NCBI GenBank assembly: GCA_050298055.1 | Contig: JBNKTL010000033.1 | Span: 1-54,361 of the forward strand | DNA from: Spirochaetota bacterium | GTDB lineage: Bacteria; Spirochaetota; UBA4802; UBA5550 | Reading direction: 5' to 3' | Length of the DNA stretch: 54,361 bases | Shown: piece after piece, positions 9,735 through 18,617 of the stretch | Numbering within the stretch: position 1 is the first letter of the stretch | Layout: the number at the start of each line of letters is the position of its first letter | Translations under genes and position numbers: made by a program | The notes under the pieces: generated by a model | What the model was told of the DNA's origin: nothing | Seen by the model: only the letters and a program-made list of their open reading frames with translations | Databases searched by the model: none

Positions 9735-9773
9735 ATATACCATGGATCTAAAAAAATTCCGAGAGGTAATGAA

Positions 9774-11942
9774 ATGAAAAGAACAGACCCGGTTGTTGCA
9801 TCAGAGAGAATATATTCCTACTCCGTTGAGAGCAAGAAAGCTGTTTCCGAGTTTTACGGTGAGGACACATTCAACAGCAGGGAGATGGAGAAGAGGCTCC
9901 CAAAATCCATATATGAAAAATTTCATGACATCAGGGAAAAAGGAAAAAACTTTGACCTCGAGACCGCAAATGCCGTTGCCCATGCCATGAAGGAATGGGC
10001 CATAGAAAAGGGGGCAACGCACTACAGCCACTGGTTCCAGCCCATGACCGGAAGTACCGCGGAAAAACATGACGCTTTTATTGAATTCACGGATTCGGGG
10101 AAAATCATTGAACGCTTCACGGGGAAACAGCTTGTGCAGGGTGAACCGGACGCGTCGAGCTTTCCCAGCGGCGGGATAAGGTCCACATTTGAGGCAAGGG
10201 GATATACGGTCTGGGACCCTTCAAGCCCGGCATTTATCATAAAAAGCGGCAAGGGGACGACCCTCTCCATCCCGTCACTCTTTCTTTCCTATACGGGAGA
10301 GGCCCTGGACAACAAGACTCCCCTCCTCCGTTCTATTCGCGCAATAAACGAGAGCGCACTGAGAGTGATGAAGATCCTGGGCAACAAAAAATGTAAAAAG
10401 GTAAGCGCCACCCTGGGACCGGAACAGGAGTACTTTCTCATAGACAAGGACTATTACAGCAAGCGGCCGGACATTGTTATGACCAAAAGGACACTTATCG
10501 GCGCAACACCGGCAAAGGGGCAGCAGCTTGAAGACCACTATTTCGGAAGCATAAAAGAACGGATACTCTCTTATATGCACGAAGTTGACGAAGAACTCTA
10601 CAAACTTGGCATTCCGGCCAAGACGCGGCACAACGAAGTGGCGCCGGGCCAATATGAAATAGCGCCCATCTTTGAAGAAGCAAATATCGCCGTTGACCAT
10701 AACCAGCTTGTCATGGAGACCCTGAGGAAAATCGCCCTGAGGCATGACCTTGTGGTCCTTCTGCATGAAAAACCCTTTGAGGGGATCAACGGATCGGGAA
10801 AACATCTCAACTGGTCCCTCTCCGATGACGCGGGGAACAACCTGCTCAATCCCGGGAAGACACCCCAGGACAATATCCAGTTCCTCGTCTTTCTCCTGGC
10901 AACCGTACGGGCGGTTTATCTTCACGCTGATATCCTGAGGGCATCGGTTGCTTCATCGGGGAACGACCACCGCCTCGGGGCCAACGAGGCGCCTCCCGCC
11001 GTCATCTCTGTGTTTATCGGGGAACAGCTTTCACGGATACTTGAGGATATCGAAAAAGGGGCTGTCACTGAAGTAACCAATGAAGCCATTATCGACCTGG
11101 GGATATCCAACCTGCCGGTCCTCAGCAGGGACAATACGGACAGGAACAGGACCTCGCCCTTCGCCTTCACGGGAAACAAGTTTGAATTCAGGGCGGTGGG
11201 ATCACAGCAGACTATTTCATTTCCCGCCATGGTCCTCAATACCATCGTTGCCGAGAGCCTCGATGATATAGCGGACATGATTGAAAACAGCAGCTCGAAG
11301 CCGAAACAGGCCGTTCTTGAAGTCATACAGGAGGAGATAAGCCGGGTAAAACCGGTCCTCTTCGCAGGGGATAACTATTCACGTGAATGGGAAGATGAAG
11401 CGGAGAGAAGGGGGCTTCCCAACAGGAAGAACCTCCCCTCATCGGTCACCGACATGATATCGGACAAAACCGTAAAGATGTTTGAAAAGTACAGGGTCCT
11501 GTCGGAGGTTGAGCTTCATTCCCGGTACCATATCAGGATCGAGAGGTACTGCACCAAGCTCGATATCGAATCACTGGCCCTCCATAACATGATCTCCAAC
11601 CAGGTCCTTCCCGCGGCAATAAACTACCAGAGAGAATTTGCCGGCTCAATTCACTTTGCCAAGAGGATGCTTGACGATTCCCACGATGTCTCCCTTCAGG
11701 AGGAGATGCTTATGGACCTTTCTTCACTGATCAGCAGGCTGTTGCAGATGAGAAAGGAGCTGAAAAACAGGCGGGAAGAGGCAATCTCAATAAATAATTT
11801 TCAGGAGCAGGCGGAATATTTCGCCCGGGAAATTATCCCCGTCATGACTGAAGCCAGGGAAATATCCGACTCCCTTGAACTACTGGTATCGGACGACCTC
11901 TGGCCCGTCCCCAAATACTGGGAAATACTCTTCATCGGCTAG
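9774..11942 (+). CDS. glnA: Glutamine synthetase type III
   Basis: HWFQPMTGSTAEKHD, GEPDASSFPSGG, HNEVAPGQYE, HEKPFEGINGSGKH, DRNRTSPFAFTGNKFEFRAVG; 722 aa. Confidence 0.96.
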   Translation: MKRTDPVVASERIYSYSVESKKAVSEFYGEDTFNSREMEKRLPKSIYEKFHDIREKGKNFDLETANAVAHAMKEWAIEKGATHYSHWFQPMTGSTAEKHDAFIEFTDSGKIIERFTGKQLVQGEPDASSFPSGGIRSTFEARGYTVWDPSSPAFIIKSGKGTTLSIPSLFLSYTGEALDNKTPLLRSIRAINESALRVMKILGNKKCKKVSATLGPEQEYFLIDKDYYSKRPDIVMTKRTLIGATPAKGQQLEDHYFGSIKERILSYMHEVDEELYKLGIPAKTRHNEVAPGQYEIAPIFEEANIAVDHNQLVMETLRKIALRHDLVVLLHEKPFEGINGSGKHLNWSLSDDAGNNLLNPGKTPQDNIQFLVFLLATVRAVYLHADILRASVASSGNDHRLGANEAPPAVISVFIGEQLSRILEDIEKGAVTEVTNEAIIDLGISNLPVLSRDNTDRNRTSPFAFTGNKFEFRAVGSQQTISFPAMVLNTIVAESLDDIADMIENSSSKPKQAVLEVIQEEISRVKPVLFAGDNYSREWEDEAERRGLPNRKNLPSSVTDMISDKTVKMFEKYRVLSEVELHSRYHIRIERYCTKLDIESLALHNMISNQVLPAAINYQREFAGSIHFAKRMLDDSHDVSLQEEMLMDLSSLISRLLQMRKELKNRREEAISINNFQEQAEYFAREIIPVMTEAREISDSLELLVSDDLWPVPKYWEILFIG

Positions 11943-11974
11943 AAAGAAAAAACAAAAACAGCGGAGGCAGCAAA

Positions 11975-12952
11975 TTGGATGTAAAACTGGACAACCCCGA
12001 TGATATTCAGAATCTACTCTGGAAATTCGCGGAGCAGAGGATACTGACTGTTGCGGCACGGACCGGTATCCTGAAACACCTGGGCGACACAAAGGACACC
12101 ATCGAAAAAACCGCCGCGCAGCTGAAGCTTGACAGCCTCGCCGCCGGCAAGATCATACGGGCGCTCTCCTCCATGGGGATCCTTGAAAACCGGGGAGACA
12201 CCTACTTCATGCATGAACCCCTGGCCCGATACTTCAGGGGCGACCCGCACGATATAACAGCCATGATCATGCATTCCCACCACCTCTATGATATATGGGG
12301 GACTTCCCTTGAGCAATGGGTCCGGGGCGAAAAGCTGCCTCCCCGGCAAAGAAGCGAGGAGGAGCTAAAGGCCTTCGGTGAAGCCATGCAGGCCATGGGG
12401 TCCTATGTGGCAGAGCAGGTGTCCGGGAGCCTTGACCTCAGGAATGTTAAAACCATGCTGGATGCGGGCGGAGGTTTCGGACATTTCACCAGGGCTATCA
12501 TGAAAAAAAACCCGGACATCAAAGGCACGGTGCTGGATACTCCGGACACGGTGAAACTGGCACAAAAGAATGCCCGGGAAGACCCTGCCGGCAAAAAGAT
12601 CGAGTGGATACAGGGGGACTACCACACCGCAGACTGGGGCAAAGATTACGACCTGGTCCTCCTGGCCAATGTCCTGCACCAGGAGAAGGTTGAGGGCGCG
12701 CAATCCCTGGTGACAAAAGGGGCAAATGCCCTGAAGCACGGGGGACGGCTTGTCATAGTTGACTTTTCAATCGATGATGAAAAGAGAAAAATGCTCATGG
12801 GGACTCTCTTCGCGGTAAACATGAGATCATTCGGCGACACCTACCCGGAATCGGACCTCAGAAGATGGATGGAGGAAGCGGGCCTGGTCAATGTTCAGCG
12901 GACAGACCTGAGTCCCTGCAGGTGGATGATAACGGGCTTCAGGATCTGGTGA
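11975..12952 (+). CDS. SAM-dependent methyltransferase (O-methyltransferase type with dimerisation domain)
   Basis: N-terminal winged-helix dimerisation region; LDAGGGFG, GDY, ANVLH, GGRLVIVDF. Confidence 0.85.
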   Translation: MDVKLDNPDDIQNLLWKFAEQRILTVAARTGILKHLGDTKDTIEKTAAQLKLDSLAAGKIIRALSSMGILENRGDTYFMHEPLARYFRGDPHDITAMIMHSHHLYDIWGTSLEQWVRGEKLPPRQRSEEELKAFGEAMQAMGSYVAEQVSGSLDLRNVKTMLDAGGGFGHFTRAIMKKNPDIKGTVLDTPDTVKLAQKNAREDPAGKKIEWIQGDYHTADWGKDYDLVLLANVLHQEKVEGAQSLVTKGANALKHGGRLVIVDFSIDDEKRKMLMGTLFAVNMRSFGDTYPESDLRRWMEEAGLVNVQRTDLSPCRWMITGFRIW

Positions 12953-13194
12953 GGGTGTAAGTTACAGGTCACGGGTTTCGGGTTGAACCATCTCCCGGCT
13001 TCTCAAATTCTTAAATATCATTGATTTTTTCAGGCATAAAATATTAATGGGACCCTGACTGGTTATCATGACTTATGAGCCTGTATACCGAATGAAAAAT
13101 TTCTTGCAATTAATCTATAAAAAATATAATAATAAAGCTGCTCCCGTAAGAAATATTTACAATCAGCAGCGTTACTGTTACCAGGTTTAATCAC

Positions 13195-14913
13195 ATGGGA
13201 CAATTAAGTGAAAACAGATCCCTCTTCATAAAAATTGCCGTTTATACGCTCTCATATCTCGGTGTATTTCTCCTGGCAATGATACTGTTTACGAAAAACA
13301 ATAACTTCAATGTCATCTATCATCCCGATGAACCGGGAAAGGTCTACCAGGTTAAAACCAACAGCTATAACCTTCATCATCCCCTGCTCATGCTGAACGC
13401 GACCAGGCTTTCGGTGGCCGTAACCGGGGCTGAAAAAGACCAGGATGTTGCGGAGACCGGCAGGACAGTATCGGCCTTATTCGGCGCTTTTTCAATTATT
13501 CTCATCATGATTTCACTGAACATGACATTAGGACTCCCGGCCGCGTTCTCCGCAGGTCTGCTCGCAACATTTTCTCCTCTCATCGTTCAGGCAGCCCATA
13601 TTTTCAAGGAAGATATCTCCCTGCTTTTTGGAATAACGGCTGTTATATTATCTATTTCGCTTTATGATAAATTCAGGAACAGAACAACCCTGGCATTGAC
13701 CGGTATCTCTGCGGCCCTTGCGGCTTCTTCCAAATATATCGGTTTGATTTTTTTGCCCGTGGCCCTTTTCTTTCTCCTTTCGGATAAAACCGTCAGCAAC
13801 GGCCTGACAAGAAGGAAACGCGCGCTGACAATGCTTGCCGTATTTTTTCTCGCAAGCTCTCTCCTGAACTACCAGGCATTTTATTATAAGGATTATATTT
13901 CAGAAAAATTAAGCGTTAAGCTTTCAAAAACCTTCCGGAAACCCGGTCCGGTGAAAAAGCCCCGTAAGGTCAATCTTAAAGATGAATCAACCGATATCAG
14001 TATCGCCAACACACGGCCCTTAAACCGGGCACCCGGAAACGGGAAGAAACTTTCCGGCAATAAAAACCCAAAAGACCATGACAGGGGCGGACTGGCTATT
14101 CTGACCGGCCATGGAGGCGTGGTATCCAGGAGCCCTTTGAAAGAATATATCCGGAAATATTTTAACCATACCGTTCCCGCGATTCCCGTACTGGCAATCC
14201 TTTTTTTCATTATCATGCTTATTAAAAGGAATGAAATAACAGTCCAGTTAAAAGTCATGTTTACTGTTTTCTTCATCTACTTTCTCGTAATCTCACTGGG
14301 GAAATCTACCGCGTCGAGGTATTTTATTCCCATTTCTCTCCTTACCCACGTTTTTGCCGCACTGGGGATTATTAAAATGACCGAATTGCTGGGGAAAAAA
14401 TTTAACAGGGTGCCGGTCACTCCCGTCTCTTTATTCCTCGTCTTAATTCTTATAATCCCCGCTTACTCCAGGGCCGCAAAAATGAACAGAATGTTTGACA
14501 CGTCACGGGACAACAGGAATGAAATGATCACATGGCTCGAGTCCAATATCCACAGTGAAGCGGTAATAGCCGCAGATTCTTATACGCGGCTGAAAAAGAT
14601 GGTCCGGAACATTGCTCCCGAAAAGAGGAAAAAAATAACCGTCAAAGAGATGACATATACCGGGGACCTGGAGAGTATCGGGAACGCACGGAAACTCGGT
14701 ATTACACATATTGTTGTATGCTCAAAATCTTATAATCGTTTTTTTAATAAAAACCTCGTAAGCAGCAGTAAAGCTACCGATACTGTGAGCATGCGAAGAA
14801 AATTTTACTCCGAGTTATTTAAAAATGGCTTGCTGGTATGGGAATCCCGGTATCCTGATACGGGTTCTCTTAATCCGGCGATTAAGATCTATCAACTGGA
14901 AAAAAACCAGTAA
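13195..14913 (+). CDS. ArnT/PMT-like (GT-C) lipid-carrier-dependent glycosyltransferase
   Basis: HPDE loop after TM1, HHPL, KED, SKY and RYFIP motifs; many TM helices; adjacent GT2. Confidence 0.78.
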   Translation: MGQLSENRSLFIKIAVYTLSYLGVFLLAMILFTKNNNFNVIYHPDEPGKVYQVKTNSYNLHHPLLMLNATRLSVAVTGAEKDQDVAETGRTVSALFGAFSIILIMISLNMTLGLPAAFSAGLLATFSPLIVQAAHIFKEDISLLFGITAVILSISLYDKFRNRTTLALTGISAALAASSKYIGLIFLPVALFFLLSDKTVSNGLTRRKRALTMLAVFFLASSLLNYQAFYYKDYISEKLSVKLSKTFRKPGPVKKPRKVNLKDESTDISIANTRPLNRAPGNGKKLSGNKNPKDHDRGGLAILTGHGGVVSRSPLKEYIRKYFNHTVPAIPVLAILFFIIMLIKRNEITVQLKVMFTVFFIYFLVISLGKSTASRYFIPISLLTHVFAALGIIKMTELLGKKFNRVPVTPVSLFLVLILIIPAYSRAAKMNRMFDTSRDNRNEMITWLESNIHSEAVIAADSYTRLKKMVRNIAPEKRKKITVKEMTYTGDLESIGNARKLGITHIVVCSKSYNRFFNKNLVSSSKATDTVSMRRKFYSELFKNGLLVWESRYPDTGSLNPAIKIYQLEKNQ

Positions 14914-14962
14914 CGACTCAGCTATATGACTAAAATATTCATATTTAATAAAAATGCCAATA

Positions 14963-14997
14963 GTATGTCCCCGCCGCGGTCGGCGGCGGGGACATAC
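14963..14997. repeat. Perfect 15-bp-arm palindrome GTATGTCCCCGCCGC-n5-GCGGCGGGGACATAC
   Basis: Exact inverted repeat; second copy in opposite orientation at 28611 with conserved flanks. Confidence 0.85.
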
Positions 14998-15079
14998 CAG
15001 TTGTCTTGTATTCATTAAAATGTCTATTTTAATACATAGCTGAGTAATTATAAAAAATAATTATTAGTCGAGGGAAAAC

Positions 15080-15817
15080 ATGGCAGAAAAAGAGAAAATA
15101 AAAAAAATCTCCTATATTATTCCTGTTTACAATGAGGAAGAGAATATTGAGTCCCTTTATCATGAATTAAAACCTGTAGCTGAAAAAATTGGAAAAAACT
15201 ATGAAATACTTTTCATAGATGATGCAAGTGCAGATAAGTCCCTTGCCATTATTAAAGCACTTTCAAAGAAATCAAAGAATGTCAAATATCTCTCTTTTGA
15301 AAAAAACTGCGGTCAATCAGCCGCCCTCTCCGCCGGGTTTTCACATGCAACCGGTGATGTTATTATCACCATGGACAGCGATATGCAAAACGACCCGAAG
15401 GATATTCCTGATATGCTGGGCCACTACGGCAAATATGATATGGTCAATGGATGGCGATACAACCGGAAGGACACCTTTTCAAAAAAAATCGGGAGCAAAA
15501 TCGGCAATGGTGTAAGAAATCTTTTTTTAGGCGACAATATTAAAGATACGGGATGTTCACTGAAAATTATGCGCGCTTCCCTGCTGAAACGGATAAAGAT
15601 CTTCTATGGACTCCACCGGTTTTTACCGGCACTGATGATGCTGGAGGGGGCCTCCGTAATAGAAGTTAAAGTCAATCACAGGGAAAGGATACACGGAACA
15701 TCCAATTACAGCAATCTCACACGGGCATGGCAGGCCCTTTACGACCTGATTGCAGTAAGGTGGATGATAAAGAAGCAATTAAAATTTAACATAAAGGACA
15801 AAAACATTGGAAAGTAA
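15080..15817 (+). CDS. GT2 polyprenol-phosphate glycosyltransferase (ArnC/DPM synthase-like)
   Basis: IIPVYNEEENI, DDASAD, GQSAAL, MDSDMQNDP, DTGCSLK, HRFLPAL. Confidence 0.9.
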   Translation: MAEKEKIKKISYIIPVYNEEENIESLYHELKPVAEKIGKNYEILFIDDASADKSLAIIKALSKKSKNVKYLSFEKNCGQSAALSAGFSHATGDVIITMDSDMQNDPKDIPDMLGHYGKYDMVNGWRYNRKDTFSKKIGSKIGNGVRNLFLGDNIKDTGCSLKIMRASLLKRIKIFYGLHRFLPALMMLEGASVIEVKVNHRERIHGTSNYSNLTRAWQALYDLIAVRWMIKKQLKFNIKDKNIGK

Positions 15818-16073
15818 AATAATTCTCATAATAGGTTTTGCCGGCCAGGCGGCATTTTTCATGAGATTTTTTGTACAATGGCTTTACTCGGAAAAGTACA
15901 AAAAAAGCGTCATTCCCACGGCATTCTGGTACTTCAGTCTCACAGGGAGCGTCCTCCTTTTAACCTACGCAATATTGAGAAAAGATATTGTCTTCATCGT
16001 CGGGCAATCAACCGGGTTCATTATCTATACAAGAAACCTCTATTTCATTAATAAAGAAAAGGGATATAATTAA
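15807..16073 (+). CDS. Lipid A biosynthesis N-terminal (LAB_N) domain small membrane protein
   Basis: GFAGQAAFFMRFFVQW, SVIPTAFWYFSL, DIVFIVGQ, YTRNL. Confidence 0.88.
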   Translation: MESKIILIIGFAGQAAFFMRFFVQWLYSEKYKKSVIPTAFWYFSLTGSVLLLTYAILRKDIVFIVGQSTGFIIYTRNLYFINKEKGYN

Positions 16074-16084
16074 TCCGTCAAGCG

Positions 16085-16365
16085 GAGGCCCCCCCTCCTC
16101 CCCGTTTCCGGACATTCAGAAACAGAGTCGTGTTATCTCAAAAAGCACTGTTAAAAGATGTGTAAGAAAAGGAGATCGGGGGGATGGAGAGGCCGGTCTT
16201 TCGACCTCCTGTCTCGACCGGCATTTCCCACGTCCTATGGGGCAGAGATAGGGGGATAAGAAAAGTTAATATAATTAATTTATCCCCACATCCCCTCTTT
16301 ATCCCCTTATCCCTTATTACACTCTTTTTCCTTTTCCCTCCTCTTCTTTTGTGGTCTTCGTGATA
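16085..16365. repeat. Mosaic of imperfect hairpin and short-period repeat modules
   Basis: Imperfect IR at about 16085-16110 / 16170-16195; gatagggggataag versus ttatccccacatcccctctttatccccttatccc; cttttgtggtcttcgtg resembles 5983-6010. Confidence 0.5.
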
Positions 16366-16468
16366 GATATCTTTTTTCTTTCCGAAACCGGAACGACATA
16401 AGCCTGCGGGGCAGATTTATCATTTTTAAAATATTTACCGTTAAAATCTTAAAAAAATTCACTTCCCG

Positions 16469-16500
16469 GTAACAGTTTTTACCACAGCTCTTGTTATAAT
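16469..16500 (+). promoter_or_regulatory. Candidate promoter of the barrel gene (ECF-like GTAAC...TGTT, also a perfect extended -10 TGnTATAAT)
   Basis: GTAACagtttttaccacagctcTTGTTATAAT ends 27 nt before ATG 16528. Confidence 0.5.
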
Positions 16501-16527
16501 TAATAACAACAGAAAAGGAGAAAAAAA

Positions 16528-17184
16528 ATGAGACAGTTAACAGGTCTGTTTGTCATAACATTTATTCTGGCTGCCGCCCCGGTCCTCTTTGCGGACGGTG
16601 AAGTCAAAAAGGACAAACCGAAGAAAAAGGACAACCCCCCGCACACACTTATCGGGAACAAGGATGTTACTCTTTCAGGTTACGGAGCACCGGTCTACAA
16701 GTTTTCGCCCGTGGGAGAGACCTACGGTCACTTCGTGGGAGGCCGCGGCGGTTTAATAATTGATGACATCTTTGTTATCGGCGGCGGCGGATACGGACTG
16801 GTCTATCCTGACGAACGGGAGAAGTTCTCCGGAGAAACCTACACCGGGACAGAGCCCTATGTACACATGGGTTACGGCGGAGGAATCCTTGAATTGCATT
16901 TCTTCCCCAAGAGTCTTATTCATATTTCGGCAGGTGTTCTCGTGGGAGCCGGAGGTATAACATTTGACAGCAATAATGAAGACAGTGGTAACAATAACAG
17001 GCAGGGAGACACATTTTTCGTAACGGAACCGGAAGTGAATCTCTTTGTCAATGTGACACGATTTTTCCGGATCGGCATCGGAGCATCATACAGGTATGTG
17101 TATGGAATTAACTCGGAAGAAATTTCGGACAGCGATTTCAGGGGACCTGCGGCACAGGTGATGTTTGCCTTTGGATGGTTCTAA
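16528..17184 (+). CDS. Stand-alone outer-membrane beta-barrel protein, paralog of the caspase C-terminal domain
   Basis: Signal peptide; Gly/aromatic alternating strands; C-terminal FGWF; about 85/170 identical to 19749-20261 with no gaps. Confidence 0.8.
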   Translation: MRQLTGLFVITFILAAAPVLFADGEVKKDKPKKKDNPPHTLIGNKDVTLSGYGAPVYKFSPVGETYGHFVGGRGGLIIDDIFVIGGGGYGLVYPDEREKFSGETYTGTEPYVHMGYGGGILELHFFPKSLIHISAGVLVGAGGITFDSNNEDSGNNNRQGDTFFVTEPEVNLFVNVTRFFRIGIGASYRYVYGINSEEISDSDFRGPAAQVMFAFGWF

Positions 17185-17191
17185 GGGGCAG

Positions 17192-17230
17192 GGAGACACG
17201 GGGAAAAACCCGTGTCTCCGCCTATTTTTT
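17192..17230 (+). terminator. Intrinsic terminator after the barrel gene
   Basis: ggagacacggg-gaaaaa-cccgtgtctcc (11-bp perfect stem) followed by gcctatttttt. Confidence 0.75.
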
Positions 17231-17255
17231 CAGGGGATCTTACGGAAACAAGTAA

Positions 17256-17284
17256 TTGACAGGCTCTCCAAAGAGCAGTATTTT
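17256..17284 (+). promoter_or_regulatory. sigma70-like promoter of the ECF operon
   Basis: TTGACA-17 nt-TATTTT, ending 35 nt before ATG 17320. Confidence 0.5.
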
Positions 17285-17319
17285 TTCCATAAAGATCAGC
17301 CGGGGACCGGAAAGGGCGA

Positions 17320-17805
17320 ATGGAAATAAATATCGAGGATTACTACAGAAAATACGCGCCAATGGTATTAAGAAGATGCAGGTATCTTTTAAAAAATGAG
17401 GACCGGGCAATGGATGCAATGCAGGACACATTTGTAAAACTTCTTCAGTACAGGAACAGGCTTAAAGGAGAATATCCCTCGTCTCTCCTCTACCGCATTG
17501 CCACAAACATCTGCCTTAACATAATTAAAAAAGAGAGTAAAAACCGGGAATTAAGCAGCGACACAATACTCAGCACCATAGCAGGTCTTGACAACTTTGA
17601 GAAGAGGGTATCGGACACCGACCTGCTTGAAAGGATCTTCTCCGGTGAGAAAAGCTCAACCCGGGAGATAGCAGTAATGCACTATATCGATAAGATGACA
17701 TACCACGAGATATCAGGGGAAACGGGACTCTCCGTATCAGGGATAAGAAAGAGACTTGACCGTCTGAAGAAAAAGGGAATAAGCTCTCTGGAGGCCCTCA
17801 GATGA
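17320..17805 (+). CDS. ECF RNA polymerase sigma factor
   Basis: Region 2 (AMDAMQDTF, LYRIATNICLN) and region 4 HTH (MTYHEISGETGLSVSGIRKRL); 161 aa. Confidence 0.92.
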   Translation: MEINIEDYYRKYAPMVLRRCRYLLKNEDRAMDAMQDTFVKLLQYRNRLKGEYPSSLLYRIATNICLNIIKKESKNRELSSDTILSTIAGLDNFEKRVSDTDLLERIFSGEKSSTREIAVMHYIDKMTYHEISGETGLSVSGIRKRLDRLKKKGISSLEALR

Positions 17806-18611
17806 AAAGGGACCTGTTACCGGAAATAATCCTTGAACGATACCTCCTCAATGAGCTTCCCGAAGAAAAAGCGAAAGAAATTGAGGCGTACATCCGGGAA
17901 AATCCCCGTGAAGCCGCCCGTCTTGATGAGCTCAGAGAATCAAACCGGAAGATCCTTGAAGAATATCCACCTGAAATCCGGACACCGATTATACGGGAAG
18001 CCTATGAAAGGGAAACGAAAAAGAAAGAGAGAAAATCCGCAATGGGTCTCCCCGGTTTTCTTAAAATCGCGTTTCCCGCGGGGGCCCTGGCGCTGTTTAT
18101 TTTTTCATTCTTCTTCACGGGTACAGAAGATAACATTTTAAACAGGGACATTACCAACGGGAACGGCGAGGTAACACGGATCAAAGGCCGGGAGGACAGC
18201 CTCTCCATTTTCAGGAAAACAGGCGCAGAGGTTCAGCCGCTTAAAAACGGCGATATCGTAAAGGAGAGTGACCTTCTTCAAATCGCTTACCGGGTCACCA
18301 CCGGCAGGTACGCGGTGATTCTCTCCATGGACGGCAGAGGATCCGTCACCCTTCACCTCCCCGAGAAACCGGACAGCTCCCCCAGGGTCAACCCGGGAAA
18401 GACCGTTTATCTTAAAAATTCCTATGAACTTGACGATGCCCCGGGGTTCGAAAGGTTTTTCCTCCTTGTTTCAAAGAATAAAATTAATATTGACAGCATC
18501 ATTAAGCGGGCGGAAGTATTGGCAAAAAACAGGGAGAGGGTGAGAACCGGGAAACTTGACGCGGGTAAACAGGTACGGGAAGTATCATTCATATTGAAAA
18601 AAAAGGATTAA
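17802..18611 (+). CDS. Putative anti-sigma factor: N-terminal ASD-like region, one TM helix, RIKG motif, DUF4384-like periplasmic domain
   Basis: ATGA overlap with sigma; LERYLLNEL; TM (IAFPAGALALFIFSFFF); SMDGRGSVTLHLP, SYELDDAPGFERFF. Confidence 0.75.
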   Translation: MKRDLLPEIILERYLLNELPEEKAKEIEAYIRENPREAARLDELRESNRKILEEYPPEIRTPIIREAYERETKKKERKSAMGLPGFLKIAFPAGALALFIFSFFFTGTEDNILNRDITNGNGEVTRIKGREDSLSIFRKTGAEVQPLKNGDIVKESDLLQIAYRVTTGRYAVILSMDGRGSVTLHLPEKPDSSPRVNPGKTVYLKNSYELDDAPGFERFFLLVSKNKINIDSIIKRAEVLAKNRERVRTGKLDAGKQVREVSFILKKKD

Positions 18612-18617
18612 GATGCC

